From: Gemmatales bacterium
Lineage (GTDB): Bacteria; Planctomycetota; Planctomycetia; Gemmatales; HRBIN36
Length of the DNA stretch: 64,000 nucleotides
Assembly: GCA_041640595.1 (NCBI GenBank)
Contig: JBEPZY010000003.1
Span: 212,773-276,772 of the forward strand
Direction of reading: 5' to 3'
Shown: in pieces, positions 1 to 10,424 of the stretch
How positions within the stretch are numbered: position 1 is the first letter of the stretch
How the letters are laid out: every line of letters begins with the position of its first letter
Made by a program: the position numbers and the translations under genes
Notes under the pieces: generated by a model
Database searches by the model: none
The model's input: the letters and a program-made list of their open reading frames with translations, nothing else
What the model was told of the DNA's origin: nothing

Positions 1-262
1 AACAGCCCGGCGCTAACTGAGTATATTAACTCGCGCACTAAATTGCGCCGAACTGAATGCGGCAGGTCAGTTATTCCCAGCATGGCGGTAGGATCGCATC
101 TAAGATGAAGCTGCTAGATCATTGGTTGCCGACTTAGTAAGTGCCGGCTTAGCGCATATTCGGAGATGTTCCAGCACAGCTTTTTCCCATAACAAGATGC
201 CATGACATATCGTCTGCACTGCTGACGCAATCCTTCACACCCTTGATTCATTAAGCAAATGG

Positions 263-2743
263 TCAGTCGGAGGGTAATGATAGCTCGGAGGCCGAATTAA
301 GCTGTTGTTGCGCCTCCTGTATCTTGATTCCCACATTTCGCAATAAGGAAAGAAACTCGTCTTTCGTTTCCGCGCGGATAGCCAGGGCAGTAGGACCCAG
401 GCGACGAAGTATATAAGGAGAAGTTTCTGACCATTGCAACAGGCCATCTGCTATTGTTTCCGATGGAGTTTCCAATATATAGAGAGGGGCGAACACAAGT
501 TCGGAATGGCCTGCGGTGAGCAGGAATTGAATGGCAGGAGAAGGACTGCGACCGCAGCGTTTGAGGAACCATTGCTGCCAGCGAAGTGGAGTCCAACCAT
601 GCTGCCGCGACCGCGTTACGCTGCCGGGTGTAACACGGTACCGGCGAATCTGTGCGACGGAATCGGTTTCTACTAAATCGGCCAATTGCTCCAATTCACA
701 TCCTAACAATAAATTAGCTTGCTGAAGCTTCACCTCCAGCGTGACGCCGTCATCTAATAATCGAACAACTGGATTTAGAGGCTGTGAGTAGTAGATGTTG
801 GCAATGATGCGAAAATGCCGGAAGTCCAGGTCGGCAGATTCATCTAACAGGAACAATCGCTCAGAAAGAGCCGTTCCCGGAATGCCACTGGCACAACAAT
901 CCTGCAAATCCAGCAGCGTGTCAAACTCGAGGAGCGTTGCCTGGGGATATACGGTAATACGTTGCTGCTGCTGAGCCCAGGTAGTTATTAGATGCCGAAC
1001 AGCCTCCGGAATTTCGCGGGTGCTATGCTGTTCTAACCAGGCTAATAATTCTCCAACTGTATAGCCGGCTTGTAACGCGACATGGATACTGGCGCTATCC
1101 ACTTGCAACACCAGGGCGGGATGAGTAGCTTTCCACTGCGCGAATTGAGATAACATAGCAAGCTTAGCAGGCCGGACGGCCGGGCGATAAGCGATGATTT
1201 CGAGGTTTGGCTGGAGTATCAAGCATGGCTGGTTTTCGGGTTCACGCCAAGGTGAATCGAGGCCGAAAACTTGTCTTCCCAGCGGTGATAATCGGAGCAA
1301 CTGATGGGCCTCGTTCCATTGTACCAACCCGAGCAGCCACAGCATACCTAACCATTCCTCAAAGATTTCAACCACTACGCGATCATCAAGGAGTTGGTCC
1401 TCCACTAAATCCTGTCTCTGAGCATGGGTGTCTAATACTGTCTGTCGAAGCGTGTCCATCTTCATGCCATCGGCTTCGGGAGCGGTGACTAAGAGTGCAG
1501 CGGCGGATAAGAGCGGCACAATGAGCATGTGCTCCCGATAAGGGTTCCCGTGATCAAGTGGCACGGGTGAACCTGATTTCGGAAGATACGATAAAAACCA
1601 GGCATTCCATAAGTCTTTCACTAAGTCAACCCAAGGCCGAGCTAATCTATCGGCCAGGCGCTGACATTTAGTCTGACGTTGTCCCGGTTCCTGGACAAGT
1701 ATTCCGAGGATAGATGCCAATTGCCACCAGCGCTGTGCGGATGGGGTTCGTCCGATAGGCGGGGCCGGCAGTTTTCCCAGAACGTCGTAAATACGCTCGG
1801 CATCACGCTTATGCAGCATTCCATCGCTGGTGAAACGCAGAGAACTAGCGCCAGCAGCTTGCCAGATCAGACACAGACCAATCCAGGCGTCTAATCCGTC
1901 CGCCTCACTATACCGAGAAGGAAACGGAATTAGGTCGTTATGAGGCTTGGCAACCTTCTTCCACGCAGCCTCAACTAACATTGGTGGGATGTACACCGTA
2001 TGAGCAAAACGGTCATCGCCGCCAGGGCTTAGGTTCAAAAATAAGGAATTCACGGATGGAACAGATTTCTGAGAGGGCGAAGCTGTCCTGCAAGCATCGG
2101 CGAAAAGAATTTCCGCCAGCTGCTTAGGCAAGGTCGGACCACGCAATAGGCGCAACAGTGCCAGTCTCCGGATTAATTCAGGATATTTCCTGTGATGCCG
2201 CTGAATCCAACCAGCTAAGAAGCGACGGTTCTGCCATACATCCAGAAGTTTAGACAGAGTCGGCTGATCGTTTTCGGAATGCCGCGAACCAGTTTCTTCT
2301 GGCAGCCAGTATTCCAGCACCTGATTAAGGGATTCGGGAGCAACTGAAGTCAGCAGCGTCTCTGTCAGCTCCTCGGCCGGGAGTTTAGCAGCACTGAGAC
2401 AGATCCCAGGTGCTGAACTGGACACGGCCGGTTCTGCGGGGTTTTCAATTTCGTTACGGTTTCCAGGCTGAGATAACTCTACTGCCGAAGATACACTAAG
2501 CAGTTTGGAGACGATGAGTACGGGGTAGCCGTTTTGTTTTAAGGCCTTAATCAATGCGGGAGCCGCATCCTGAGCGATCAGGAGAACTCGATCTGCAAGT
2601 CTGCCAGCAAGATAAGGAGCTAATTTCGGGGATGTGATCAATTCGGTAGCCAGATAAGCATCATCAGTCCGGATAAGACCGACACCGCGGTGCAGGCGAA
2701 CGGGGATGCGGCGTCCAGGTGTTTGGGAGTGCAGTGCGCTCAT
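263..2743 (-). CDS. Helicase-associated (XPB-partner, Helicase_C_3-like) domain protein
   Basis: 826-aa ORF; segment LILQPNLEIIAY...SIHVALQAGYTVGELLAWLEQHSTREIPEAVRHLITTW resembles the XPB N-terminal-like domain; overlaps the upstream XPB stop by 4 nt (ATGA). Confidence 0.7.
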   Translation of the reverse strand: MSALHSQTPGRRIPVRLHRGVGLIRTDDAYLATELITSPKLAPYLAGRLADRVLLIAQDAAPALIKALKQNGYPVLIVSKLLSVSSAVELSQPGNRNEIENPAEPAVSSSAPGICLSAAKLPAEELTETLLTSVAPESLNQVLEYWLPEETGSRHSENDQPTLSKLLDVWQNRRFLAGWIQRHHRKYPELIRRLALLRLLRGPTLPKQLAEILFADACRTASPSQKSVPSVNSLFLNLSPGGDDRFAHTVYIPPMLVEAAWKKVAKPHNDLIPFPSRYSEADGLDAWIGLCLIWQAAGASSLRFTSDGMLHKRDAERIYDVLGKLPAPPIGRTPSAQRWWQLASILGILVQEPGQRQTKCQRLADRLARPWVDLVKDLWNAWFLSYLPKSGSPVPLDHGNPYREHMLIVPLLSAAALLVTAPEADGMKMDTLRQTVLDTHAQRQDLVEDQLLDDRVVVEIFEEWLGMLWLLGLVQWNEAHQLLRLSPLGRQVFGLDSPWREPENQPCLILQPNLEIIAYRPAVRPAKLAMLSQFAQWKATHPALVLQVDSASIHVALQAGYTVGELLAWLEQHSTREIPEAVRHLITTWAQQQQRITVYPQATLLEFDTLLDLQDCCASGIPGTALSERLFLLDESADLDFRHFRIIANIYYSQPLNPVVRLLDDGVTLEVKLQQANLLLGCELEQLADLVETDSVAQIRRYRVTPGSVTRSRQHGWTPLRWQQWFLKRCGRSPSPAIQFLLTAGHSELVFAPLYILETPSETIADGLLQWSETSPYILRRLGPTALAIRAETKDEFLSLLRNVGIKIQEAQQQLNSASELSLPSD

Positions 2744-4455
2744 GTCCGATCGGAGATCTCTAATATGTTAGTGGTACCTAATAATTCGTCAGCGTCCATA
2801 ATGTGGTAGGTGTATCCCTGCTCAGTAAGGAAAAGCTGGCGATGCTGAGCAAATTCCATTTCCCTGGTATCGCGGGTGACCAGGGTGTAAAAGCGTGCGA
2901 TACCACCGCCCGGTTTGGGGCGAAGAATGCGACCCAGACGCTGAGCCTCTTCCTGGCGAGAACCAAATGTGCCGGAAACCTGAATCAGGACATTAGCGTC
3001 GGGAAGGTCTATAGCAAAGTTACCGACTTTCGAGAGGATCAGTCGCTGGAGGCGTCGTTCGCGGAAGTCCTGATAGAGGCGCTCTCGTTCGGCGGTGGGC
3101 GTGGCTCCGGTGATAAGCGGAATCTGAAACTGGTCGCGAATCTGCTGGAGTTGCCGCAAGTATTGGCCAATGATCAGCACCTGATCACCAGCATGGCGTT
3201 CGAGCAGGTGTGCGATAATGGGAATTTTTGCAGGATTTTCGCTAGCGAGACGGTACTTATGCCGGCGTTCTGCGACCGCGTATTCCAGGCGCAATTCTTC
3301 CGGCAAACGCAGGCGAATTTCACAGCACTGCGCTTCGGCAATCCATCCTTGAGATTCTAATTCGCGCCAGGGAACATCGTATTTCTTAGGGCCTATAAGC
3401 GTAAAGACGTCGGCCTCGCGGCCATCCTCGCGAACTAATGTTGCCGTCAGGCCCAGGCGTCGCCGAGCCTGGATTTGCGCTGTGATGCGGAATACCGGAG
3501 CTGGTAGTAAGTGCACTTCATCATAAATAATCAGGCCCCAATCCTGCTGATCGAAAATGCGGAAATGGGGAAAATCCTCATCTTTTTCGGGGCGATAGGT
3601 GAGGATATTATAGGTGGCCAGTGTCACTGGCCCTAGCTCTTTACTTTCGCCTGTATATTCGGCGATCTGGTCGTCGGTCAGCGTAGTCTTATCAAGTAAT
3701 TCTCTGCGCCACTGTTTGACGGCGGAAATGCTAGTGGTCAAAATCAAGGTCTGTCGTTGTAAGAGGGCCATAACTGCCAGGCCAACTATAGTTTTTCCAG
3801 CACCGCAAGGTAATACGATGACGCCACTGCCTCCACGAACATCGCCGCCAGCGTAAAAGACTTCCGCGGCCTCCTTCTGATACTGCCGTAAATGGAATGT
3901 TAGACCGCTGCGGCAGGTTTCGCGCAAACGAATGTCGAGGAATGCTCCAGGGGTATATCCAGCGAGGTCCTCCGCGGGATAGCCAACCTGGATGAGAGCC
4001 TGTTTAATGACGCCGCGATACTTGGTCGGGACGCGAAACGCTTCCGGCCCGAGTCGTTCGCCTAGATACTGGCGAACACTGGCATGACGAGCCAGTTCCT
4101 CCAGCAATCGGCTGTCGGTGCAGACCAGACGGAGATCAGTTTCGTCTTTTTCGAGGCGTACACGGCCGTACCGGCTCACAATCTCCGGAATATCGCGGAC
4201 TAAGTTGGCGGGCACCGGATATTTGCTGTAACGCCGCAACACTTCCAGCATAGACTCGGCAGTCATTCCGGCAGCGGCAGCATTCCATAGCGATAATTCC
4301 GTGAGCCGGTAGGTGTGGATGTGTTCCGGGCTCTTGACCAGTTCGGCAAACGGGGCCAAAGCATCGCGTGCCTCCGCATACAGCGGATGCTCCACTTCCA
4401 GCAGCAATGTCCGATCGCTTTGTACGACCAGCGGTTTATCCGATCCTGCCCGCAT
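2740..4455 (-). CDS. XPB/Rad25/Ssl2-family DNA helicase
   Basis: N-term LVVQSDRTLLLEV...ELVKSPEHIHTYRLT, Walker A LPCGAGKT, DEVH box, motif VI QRLGRILR. Confidence 0.93.
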   Translation of the reverse strand: MRAGSDKPLVVQSDRTLLLEVEHPLYAEARDALAPFAELVKSPEHIHTYRLTELSLWNAAAAGMTAESMLEVLRRYSKYPVPANLVRDIPEIVSRYGRVRLEKDETDLRLVCTDSRLLEELARHASVRQYLGERLGPEAFRVPTKYRGVIKQALIQVGYPAEDLAGYTPGAFLDIRLRETCRSGLTFHLRQYQKEAAEVFYAGGDVRGGSGVIVLPCGAGKTIVGLAVMALLQRQTLILTTSISAVKQWRRELLDKTTLTDDQIAEYTGESKELGPVTLATYNILTYRPEKDEDFPHFRIFDQQDWGLIIYDEVHLLPAPVFRITAQIQARRRLGLTATLVREDGREADVFTLIGPKKYDVPWRELESQGWIAEAQCCEIRLRLPEELRLEYAVAERRHKYRLASENPAKIPIIAHLLERHAGDQVLIIGQYLRQLQQIRDQFQIPLITGATPTAERERLYQDFRERRLQRLILSKVGNFAIDLPDANVLIQVSGTFGSRQEEAQRLGRILRPKPGGGIARFYTLVTRDTREMEFAQHRQLFLTEQGYTYHIMDADELLGTTNILEISDRT

Positions 4456-5028
4456 AGTTACCTCACTGTGAAGCGCTCCAGAAAAGTTTATCTTATTCGC
4501 TTGTGCTGGCTATGCCAGACACGTTTCCGTGGGCGGTTCGACGCGTCCCGGAGTAAACGCACACGGAACCGCTACGATTTTCCCTCTCACGACCACCAAC
4601 GGTCAAGCGTCTCTGCCGGTGGTAGCTGCTTCCGGAGTTCACCAGGTCACGGGCTAAAAACGCACGATTCACGAGTGTGTGAATCTGATGAGCGGCTCGT
4701 CGCTGCCTTGTCACCTTGCGGATTTCGACACCGATCAACGTTTCCCCGAGCACTGTTCCCGCCACAAACCACAACGGCATGGCCGAACAGATGGTCACTT
4801 GGAGATTGCAATATTAGACGGCAATGGTTCGTTGCTTGAGGCCGTGTTACAAGGATGCGGCAACGGTGGCGCTTTCGTTACTCCGGATGTCAAACTAAGT
4901 CCGGACGTGAGACTAAGATGGTTACTTTGGCTATTGCGTTTGCATAGGTGTCGAAGCTTCCCCGGCATACGTGTCAAAGATTGTCCTGGTCCGGATGTTA
5001 GAGCAAGCCGCAACGGTTAGTGGTCAGC

Positions 5029-5190
5029 AAAAAGCGTGTGTCGGGTGGACAACGGGCAGTCACCGCTGTTGCCCCCTGCCTTTTTTCGAATAAGAGAAAA
5101 GCGCGTGGGTCGGGGGGAGAACGAGCAAACGCCGTTGTCGCTTCTGCCTTTCCTTGAATAACAAAAAAGAGCGTGCGTCGGGTGGAGACC
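5029..5190. repeat. Degenerate ~68-bp tandem repeat (~2.3 units)
   Basis: tcggg at 5041/5110/5178; ctgcctt at 5076/5144; gaataa at 5088/5156. Confidence 0.7.
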
Positions 5191-6073
5191 CTCCGCACGC
5201 CCCAGCGGGAGGAGACGAACTACCAGCCAGTCTGGTTGCTTCCTTGGAGGTAATAAGCACCGGCACGTCTATTCAGCATGGCCGGTATTGTGGCTGGCTT
5301 ACGCCAACCTCCTATCGTTGAGCTTAGTTTTTCCGAGGCAAGCACTCCCTTATCGGCAGGTAGAGCGCCTGGAGCAAGCCTGGCTTCGATTCTATTTCTC
5401 GCTCAGACCGGTGCTCCTATAATCGCGTGGATCACGCTCGGCTTATGCCTGCTGCCGCGGATGTGCGATTCGGTTTCGAATTGGTCGAGGCGAAGTCGTT
5501 TTATTTTGCGATGAGCTGGACGCTGGCAGTATTCTGGCAAGTTGCTGGAACTAAGCTGGCGTTAGCTCGGTTCGTTGCTGATGGTTGCCAGTTGCCAAAG
5601 CCGAAACTACTATCGGCAGGGGAAGCACTAGTTTTCCAAAAGGATGCTGAGAAATTGTGGTTGGACGAAGGCCTGGCGGAGTTGCAATTGCTGCCATCGT
5701 TGTGGTCGCTAAAGTCGGCGGGTTCGGAAAATGGCAGGATGGCCACGTGGACGCCAGGGACGGATGTCGGCATGAGTGGCCAAGAGCGTTCGCAGTCGGC
5801 GGAATACCACGGCCGGAGGTGGGTTTGAGAGTGTGCGGATCGGCCGAAGGCAAGCGAAGCAGAACCGGTGAACGCGAACGACGTAGGACAGCTGCGTGAG
5901 TTTTCGGGCCGCTTGTGTGCAGGGTGTTTTCACCTAAGATAATGGCACACAACAATACGCGGCAGGCCGGCGATAGGACTACGCTGGAGGCGAAATGTCT
6001 TGTCCCGGTCAGCCTGATACGATTTCGCCCGAAAAGCCGAACCTGTGCAACAAGTCCAGAAACGGATGGAAAT

Positions 6074-7444
6074 ATGCAACGAGAATTTGTCTTACCCGAT
6101 TTGGGCGAGGGACTGCATGAGGCGACACTGGTGGCCTGGAAAGTCCAGGAAGGCGATGTGGTGGAGGCTGATCAACCTCTGGCCGAAGTGGAAACCGATA
6201 AAGCCACGTCCGAACTTCCAAGTCCTTATCGGGGTCGAATAGTCAAACTCCATTACCGGGCTGGCGACCGTGTGCCCGTGGGAGCGGTGCTGGTAACGTT
6301 TGAGGTAGAAGAAACCGAGCCGACAGCCCGGTCAGGTGCCCCTGAGCCAAGCAAAAGCAGCATGCCAGAACGCACCTCGGTCAGGCCAGCGAGTGAGACG
6401 CCGTCCGTTTCGATTCCAGGCGAGCCGGGCGTACCACGGAGAGATGGGCAACGTGAGCCGTCTATGGCCAGGCCGGTTCTGGCGGCACCGATCACACGCA
6501 AACTAGCACGTGAACACGGAATTGATTTGTCGCAGGTTCCTGGCACGGGACCGGGTGGGCGGGTAACGACGGAGGATGTGTTAGCGTACCTGGCGGCACG
6601 ACAGGGTGGCCGAAGGGCGGAAACTCGTCCGGAAGCTCCAGCCACGCCCGCACCGGAACCGGAAGCTGCGCCGCCGTCACCGTCAGGATCGGCAGTTGCG
6701 CCGGCCATCAGCAGGCCTCCGTTCCCCGATTTCGCTCAGTGGGGGCCAATCGAGCGTCAGCCGGCCAGTGCGATTCGGCGACGCATTGCCGAACGCATGA
6801 GTCTGGCCAGCTGGGTCCCGGCAACGGTAACCCATGCCGACGAAGCCGATATTACATCCCTGGAACAAGGTCGAGCCCAGGCGAAACCCGTGGCGGAGCA
6901 GCAAGGAGTTCGCTTGACCTTGCTGCCATTTGTTGTGAAGGCCGTGGTAATAGCGCTAAAGCACTGGCCGCTATTCAATGCCAGCTATGACGAGGAGCGG
7001 AACGAGATTATCGTCAAGAAGTATTACCATATCGGCATTGCAGTAGATACGCCGCAGGGACTACTCGTGCCGGTGGTACGCGACGCCGACCGTAAAAGCT
7101 TGTTGCAACTGGCGCAGGAGATGGCGGAGTTAGCGGAACGGGCTCGTCAGGGCCAGCTCCGTGCCGAAGAAATGCGAGGCAGCAGTTTCACCATCACCAA
7201 CATCGGGAGCCTGGGCGGGACTTTCTTCACACCGATTATCAACTGGCCCGAAGTGGCTATTCTCGGTCTGGGCCGGGTTCAGGAACGGCTTGCCCTGGTC
7301 GGAGATAAGCCGGTGGTGCGGAAAATGTTGCCTCTGTGTCTATCTTTCGATCATCGTTTGCTGGACGGTGCCGATGCAGCCCGATTTGTGAATGAAGTTC
7401 GGCAATTGCTGGAGAATCCCTCGCTGTTGCTGCTCCACGCCTGA
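6074..7444 (+). CDS. Dihydrolipoamide acyltransferase (E2) of a 2-oxo acid dehydrogenase complex
   Basis: Lipoyl domain LPDLGEG...ETDKA, E3-binding domain GTGPGGRV, catalytic DHRLLDG; start taken at ATG 6074 (MQREF). Confidence 0.93.
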   Translation: MQREFVLPDLGEGLHEATLVAWKVQEGDVVEADQPLAEVETDKATSELPSPYRGRIVKLHYRAGDRVPVGAVLVTFEVEETEPTARSGAPEPSKSSMPERTSVRPASETPSVSIPGEPGVPRRDGQREPSMARPVLAAPITRKLAREHGIDLSQVPGTGPGGRVTTEDVLAYLAARQGGRRAETRPEAPATPAPEPEAAPPSPSGSAVAPAISRPPFPDFAQWGPIERQPASAIRRRIAERMSLASWVPATVTHADEADITSLEQGRAQAKPVAEQQGVRLTLLPFVVKAVVIALKHWPLFNASYDEERNEIIVKKYYHIGIAVDTPQGLLVPVVRDADRKSLLQLAQEMAELAERARQGQLRAEEMRGSSFTITNIGSLGGTFFTPIINWPEVAILGLGRVQERLALVGDKPVVRKMLPLCLSFDHRLLDGADAARFVNEVRQLLENPSLLLLHA

Positions 7445-7542
7445 ACGTTGACCCAGCGAGGATAGCTAAGCACCCGGCGACGATAGCAGCAGGGTCGGTA
7501 ACATTCACCTCGGGCGATCATCGAATTACGGAGCACGCAGGC

Positions 7543-8970
7543 ATGGTGATGGGCGAATCGCAAGAGCGAACCCAGGTGGTGGTGATTGGTGGTGGCCCCG
7601 GCGGATATACCGCGGCTTTCCGAGCAGCGGACCTGGGCAAACAGGTAGCCCTGGTCGAACAGGAAAAGCGTCTCGGCGGCGTGTGTTTGTTACGCGGTTG
7701 TATTCCCTCCAAAGCACTGATCACGGCGGCGGAATTGCTGGATCGGATTCGCCAGGCGGAAACCATGGGCATTCGGGTCGGGGAAATTCGTGTGGATATG
7801 CCGCGGTTGATTGCCTGGAAAAATAGCATCATTGATGACCTGGCCCGCGGGTTGGACACACTCGCACGTGGTCGCAACATCACTCGTTACGTTGGTCGGG
7901 CAACGTTTCGCGGTCCGCACGAATTGTTCATTCACACAAGCGACCAGCCGATCTTGCTGCGGTTTGAGCAGGCCATTATCGCAACAGGAAGCCAGCCCAT
8001 CGTCCCTCCGCCGCTGGAACGCGGTGAGCGTATCCTGACTTCCGACGAAGCACTCGATCTGACGGAAGTGCCCGCTTCGCTGCTGGTAGTCGGTGGCGGT
8101 TACATTGGAGTCGAGCTGGGTACCTGTTTTGCGGCGCTGGGCAGTCAGGTAACTATCGTCGAAATGCTCGACCGTCTCCTGCCAGGAACCGATGCAGACC
8201 TGGTGCGCATTGTCAAAAGACGATTGGAAAAGCGAGGCGTACAGATTCATTTGCAGGCGAAGGTAGTGGAAGCCAGAAACACCGGGGACGGTGTTCAGGT
8301 CAAGATTGCCCGAAGCGATGACAAAACAGTGGTCGGGGAATTTGCTCGCGTCCTGGTGGCTGTGGGCCGACGACCTAATAGCGACCAGCTCGGTCTGGAT
8401 CGCGCCGGTGTGCAGACCAATGAGAAAGGATACATCGTCGTAGATGAGCAATGCCGGACCAATGTGCCGCACCTTTTCGCCATCGGCGATGTAACTGGTC
8501 CACCGGCGCTGGCGCACCGTGCCCGGCGGCAGGGGATCGTGGCTGCCGAAGTCGTTGCCGGGCACCCAGCGGCTTTCGACAACCGTACCGTGCCGGCGGT
8601 TATCTTCTCGGACCCGGAAATTGCCTATTGCGGCTTGTCGGAGGAAGAAGCGAAAGCGGCTGGCTATCGTGTCCGCGTGGGAAAATTCCGACTCGGTGCC
8701 AGCGGTCGGGCGAAAACCCTCAACGACCCCGACGGTCTGGTCGTGGTGATTGCGGAAGAACCAGGCGAAGTGGTGCTGGGAGTGCGCATGGTGGGGCCGC
8801 ACGTCTCCGAACTGATCGGCGAGGCCACTCTGGCCATCGAAATGGGTGCCACTTTGGAAGACCTGATCGCCACGATCCATGCCCATCCAACACTGAGCGA
8901 AGCGATCCAGGAAGCAGCAGAAGTCTGTCGCGGCCAGGCTATTCATAGCCTCCGCGCTAAAACGGACTAG
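7543..8970 (+). CDS. lpdA: Dihydrolipoyl dehydrogenase (E3)
   Basis: GGGPGGY FAD motif, GGVCLLRGCIPSK redox disulfide, C-terminal HAHPTLSE. Confidence 0.95.
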   Translation: MVMGESQERTQVVVIGGGPGGYTAAFRAADLGKQVALVEQEKRLGGVCLLRGCIPSKALITAAELLDRIRQAETMGIRVGEIRVDMPRLIAWKNSIIDDLARGLDTLARGRNITRYVGRATFRGPHELFIHTSDQPILLRFEQAIIATGSQPIVPPPLERGERILTSDEALDLTEVPASLLVVGGGYIGVELGTCFAALGSQVTIVEMLDRLLPGTDADLVRIVKRRLEKRGVQIHLQAKVVEARNTGDGVQVKIARSDDKTVVGEFARVLVAVGRRPNSDQLGLDRAGVQTNEKGYIVVDEQCRTNVPHLFAIGDVTGPPALAHRARRQGIVAAEVVAGHPAAFDNRTVPAVIFSDPEIAYCGLSEEEAKAAGYRVRVGKFRLGASGRAKTLNDPDGLVVVIAEEPGEVVLGVRMVGPHVSELIGEATLAIEMGATLEDLIATIHAHPTLSEAIQEAAEVCRGQAIHSLRAKTD

Positions 8971-9201
8971 CCAACGATGCCCAGTACGTAGCGGTATCGG
9001 CGTCCGCGTAGCCTGGTTCGCCGGTAGTCGTGGTTTGGAAGCCAGGCGCTGCGGGGAACCGGGCACAGGCTTATGATAAAGTGGGCACGGACGAGAAACA
9101 TCGGGATCGTGTCTCGGCTAAAGTCGGAAATGGTGGATGTGAATTGGCTGCGGTAGCCGACAATGGCGGCAAGCTGCTTCCGCGCCACCGATGGTGCGAC
9201 C

Positions 9202-10146
9202 ATGCAATGCATAAACGTTGAACAAGTCGCCGGAGACAATGCGACTTTAGAGCCAGCGCTGGCGGAAAAAGGGCGACGGTTGCTGCAAACGTTGCGCGAG
9301 ATGGGGAGCATGGTGGTAGCGTTCAGCGGCGGGGTGGATAGTGCGTTAGTAGCGTTGGCTGCGCATCGGGCTGTGGGCGAGCGTGCGGTTGCAGTGACGG
9401 CTGATAGTCCCAGTGTGCCGCGTCGGGAGCTGGAACTGGCCAGGCAACTGGCCCAGCAAATCGGTATTCGCCATGAGGTGGTGTCCACAGACGAGTTTTC
9501 CGACCCGAATTATCTGCGGAACGATGGTCGGCGGTGCTATTATTGCAAGTCGGAGTTATTCCGTCGGTTGACGGAGATGCTCGGCCGCTGGCAGGCCAAA
9601 TGGATTGTTAGTGGCGCCAATGTGGACGACCTGAAGGACTATCGGCCTGGTCTGCAAGCCGCGGCGGAACACAGAGTACGGCATCCGCTGGTGGAAGCAG
9701 GATTGACGAAGGCGGAAGTGCGAGAACTGGCGCGAGCCTGGGGTTTGCCGATCTGGGATAAGCCTGCGTCGCCGTGCTTGTCGAGCCGAATCGCTCCGGG
9801 CGTGGAAGTTACCCCGGAGCGTGTAGGGCGGATCGAGGCAGCGGAAAACTGGTTGCGGGATCGGCTCGGCTTGCGGGATTGCCGCGTCCGTGTCCATGCG
9901 GGAGAACTGGCCCGTGTTGAAGTACCGCTGGCCGAGCTGCCACGCATACTCGAACCCTCCATCCGTGCGGAAATGGTGAAATTTTTCCGGCAGGTCGGCT
10001 TCCAGTTCGTCACGGTGGATTTAGAAGGGCTGCGTTCCGGCAGCCTCAATGTGCTGGTACCCCTACAATGGCTGGGGCATCAGCCGAGATGTGCACCAGC
10101 GAATCCCTCACCGATTCCCGAAAACCAGGCGGAGGAAAGCTCATGA
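9202..10146 (+). CDS. larE: ATP-dependent sulfur transferase, LarE family
   Basis: PP-loop AFSGGVDS, RCYYCK, DYRPG, WDKPASPCLSSRI; start uncertain (9163 or 9202). Confidence 0.85.
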   Translation: MQCINVEQVAGDNATLEPALAEKGRRLLQTLREMGSMVVAFSGGVDSALVALAAHRAVGERAVAVTADSPSVPRRELELARQLAQQIGIRHEVVSTDEFSDPNYLRNDGRRCYYCKSELFRRLTEMLGRWQAKWIVSGANVDDLKDYRPGLQAAAEHRVRHPLVEAGLTKAEVRELARAWGLPIWDKPASPCLSSRIAPGVEVTPERVGRIEAAENWLRDRLGLRDCRVRVHAGELARVEVPLAELPRILEPSIRAEMVKFFRQVGFQFVTVDLEGLRSGSLNVLVPLQWLGHQPRCAPANPSPIPENQAEESS

Positions 10147-10406
10147 CCCTGAGCAACCTCTCTGCACAGGAAGTGTTGAACCGTTATTTTCTGGAGCTGC
10201 GTTGTAAGCTGCTGGACATCGCCGCCATCCTCGACCGAATGGACCGAGGTGGGCCATTACCAGCCGATCCACGTCTGGAACAAATCCGCCAGGCGTTGCG
10301 AGAACTGGCGAGCGCCACCCCAGGCCGGGCAGAACGCATTCAGATGATCTTCTCCCGTCCTTATGATCCCAACTGGGAACGACCGCAACTGGAAGGCTCT
10401 GCCTGA
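10143..10406 (+). CDS. Small helical hypothetical protein
   Basis: ATGA overlap with the larE stop and a preceding GGAGG; 87 aa. Confidence 0.7.
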   Translation: MTLSNLSAQEVLNRYFLELRCKLLDIAAILDRMDRGGPLPADPRLEQIRQALRELASATPGRAERIQMIFSRPYDPNWERPQLEGSA

Positions 10407-10424
10407 GCGATGAGGAGACCAGCC

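Noticed and set aside
4685..4740. Hammerhead ribozyme core (CTGATGA)
   Set aside because: No GAAA after the putative stem II and no supporting stems
7690..9066. 458-aa antisense ORF, and similar long shadow ORFs such as 21408-23039 and 24270-25760
   Set aside because: They lie opposite well-supported genes in GC-rich or repetitive DNA and show no recognisable motifs
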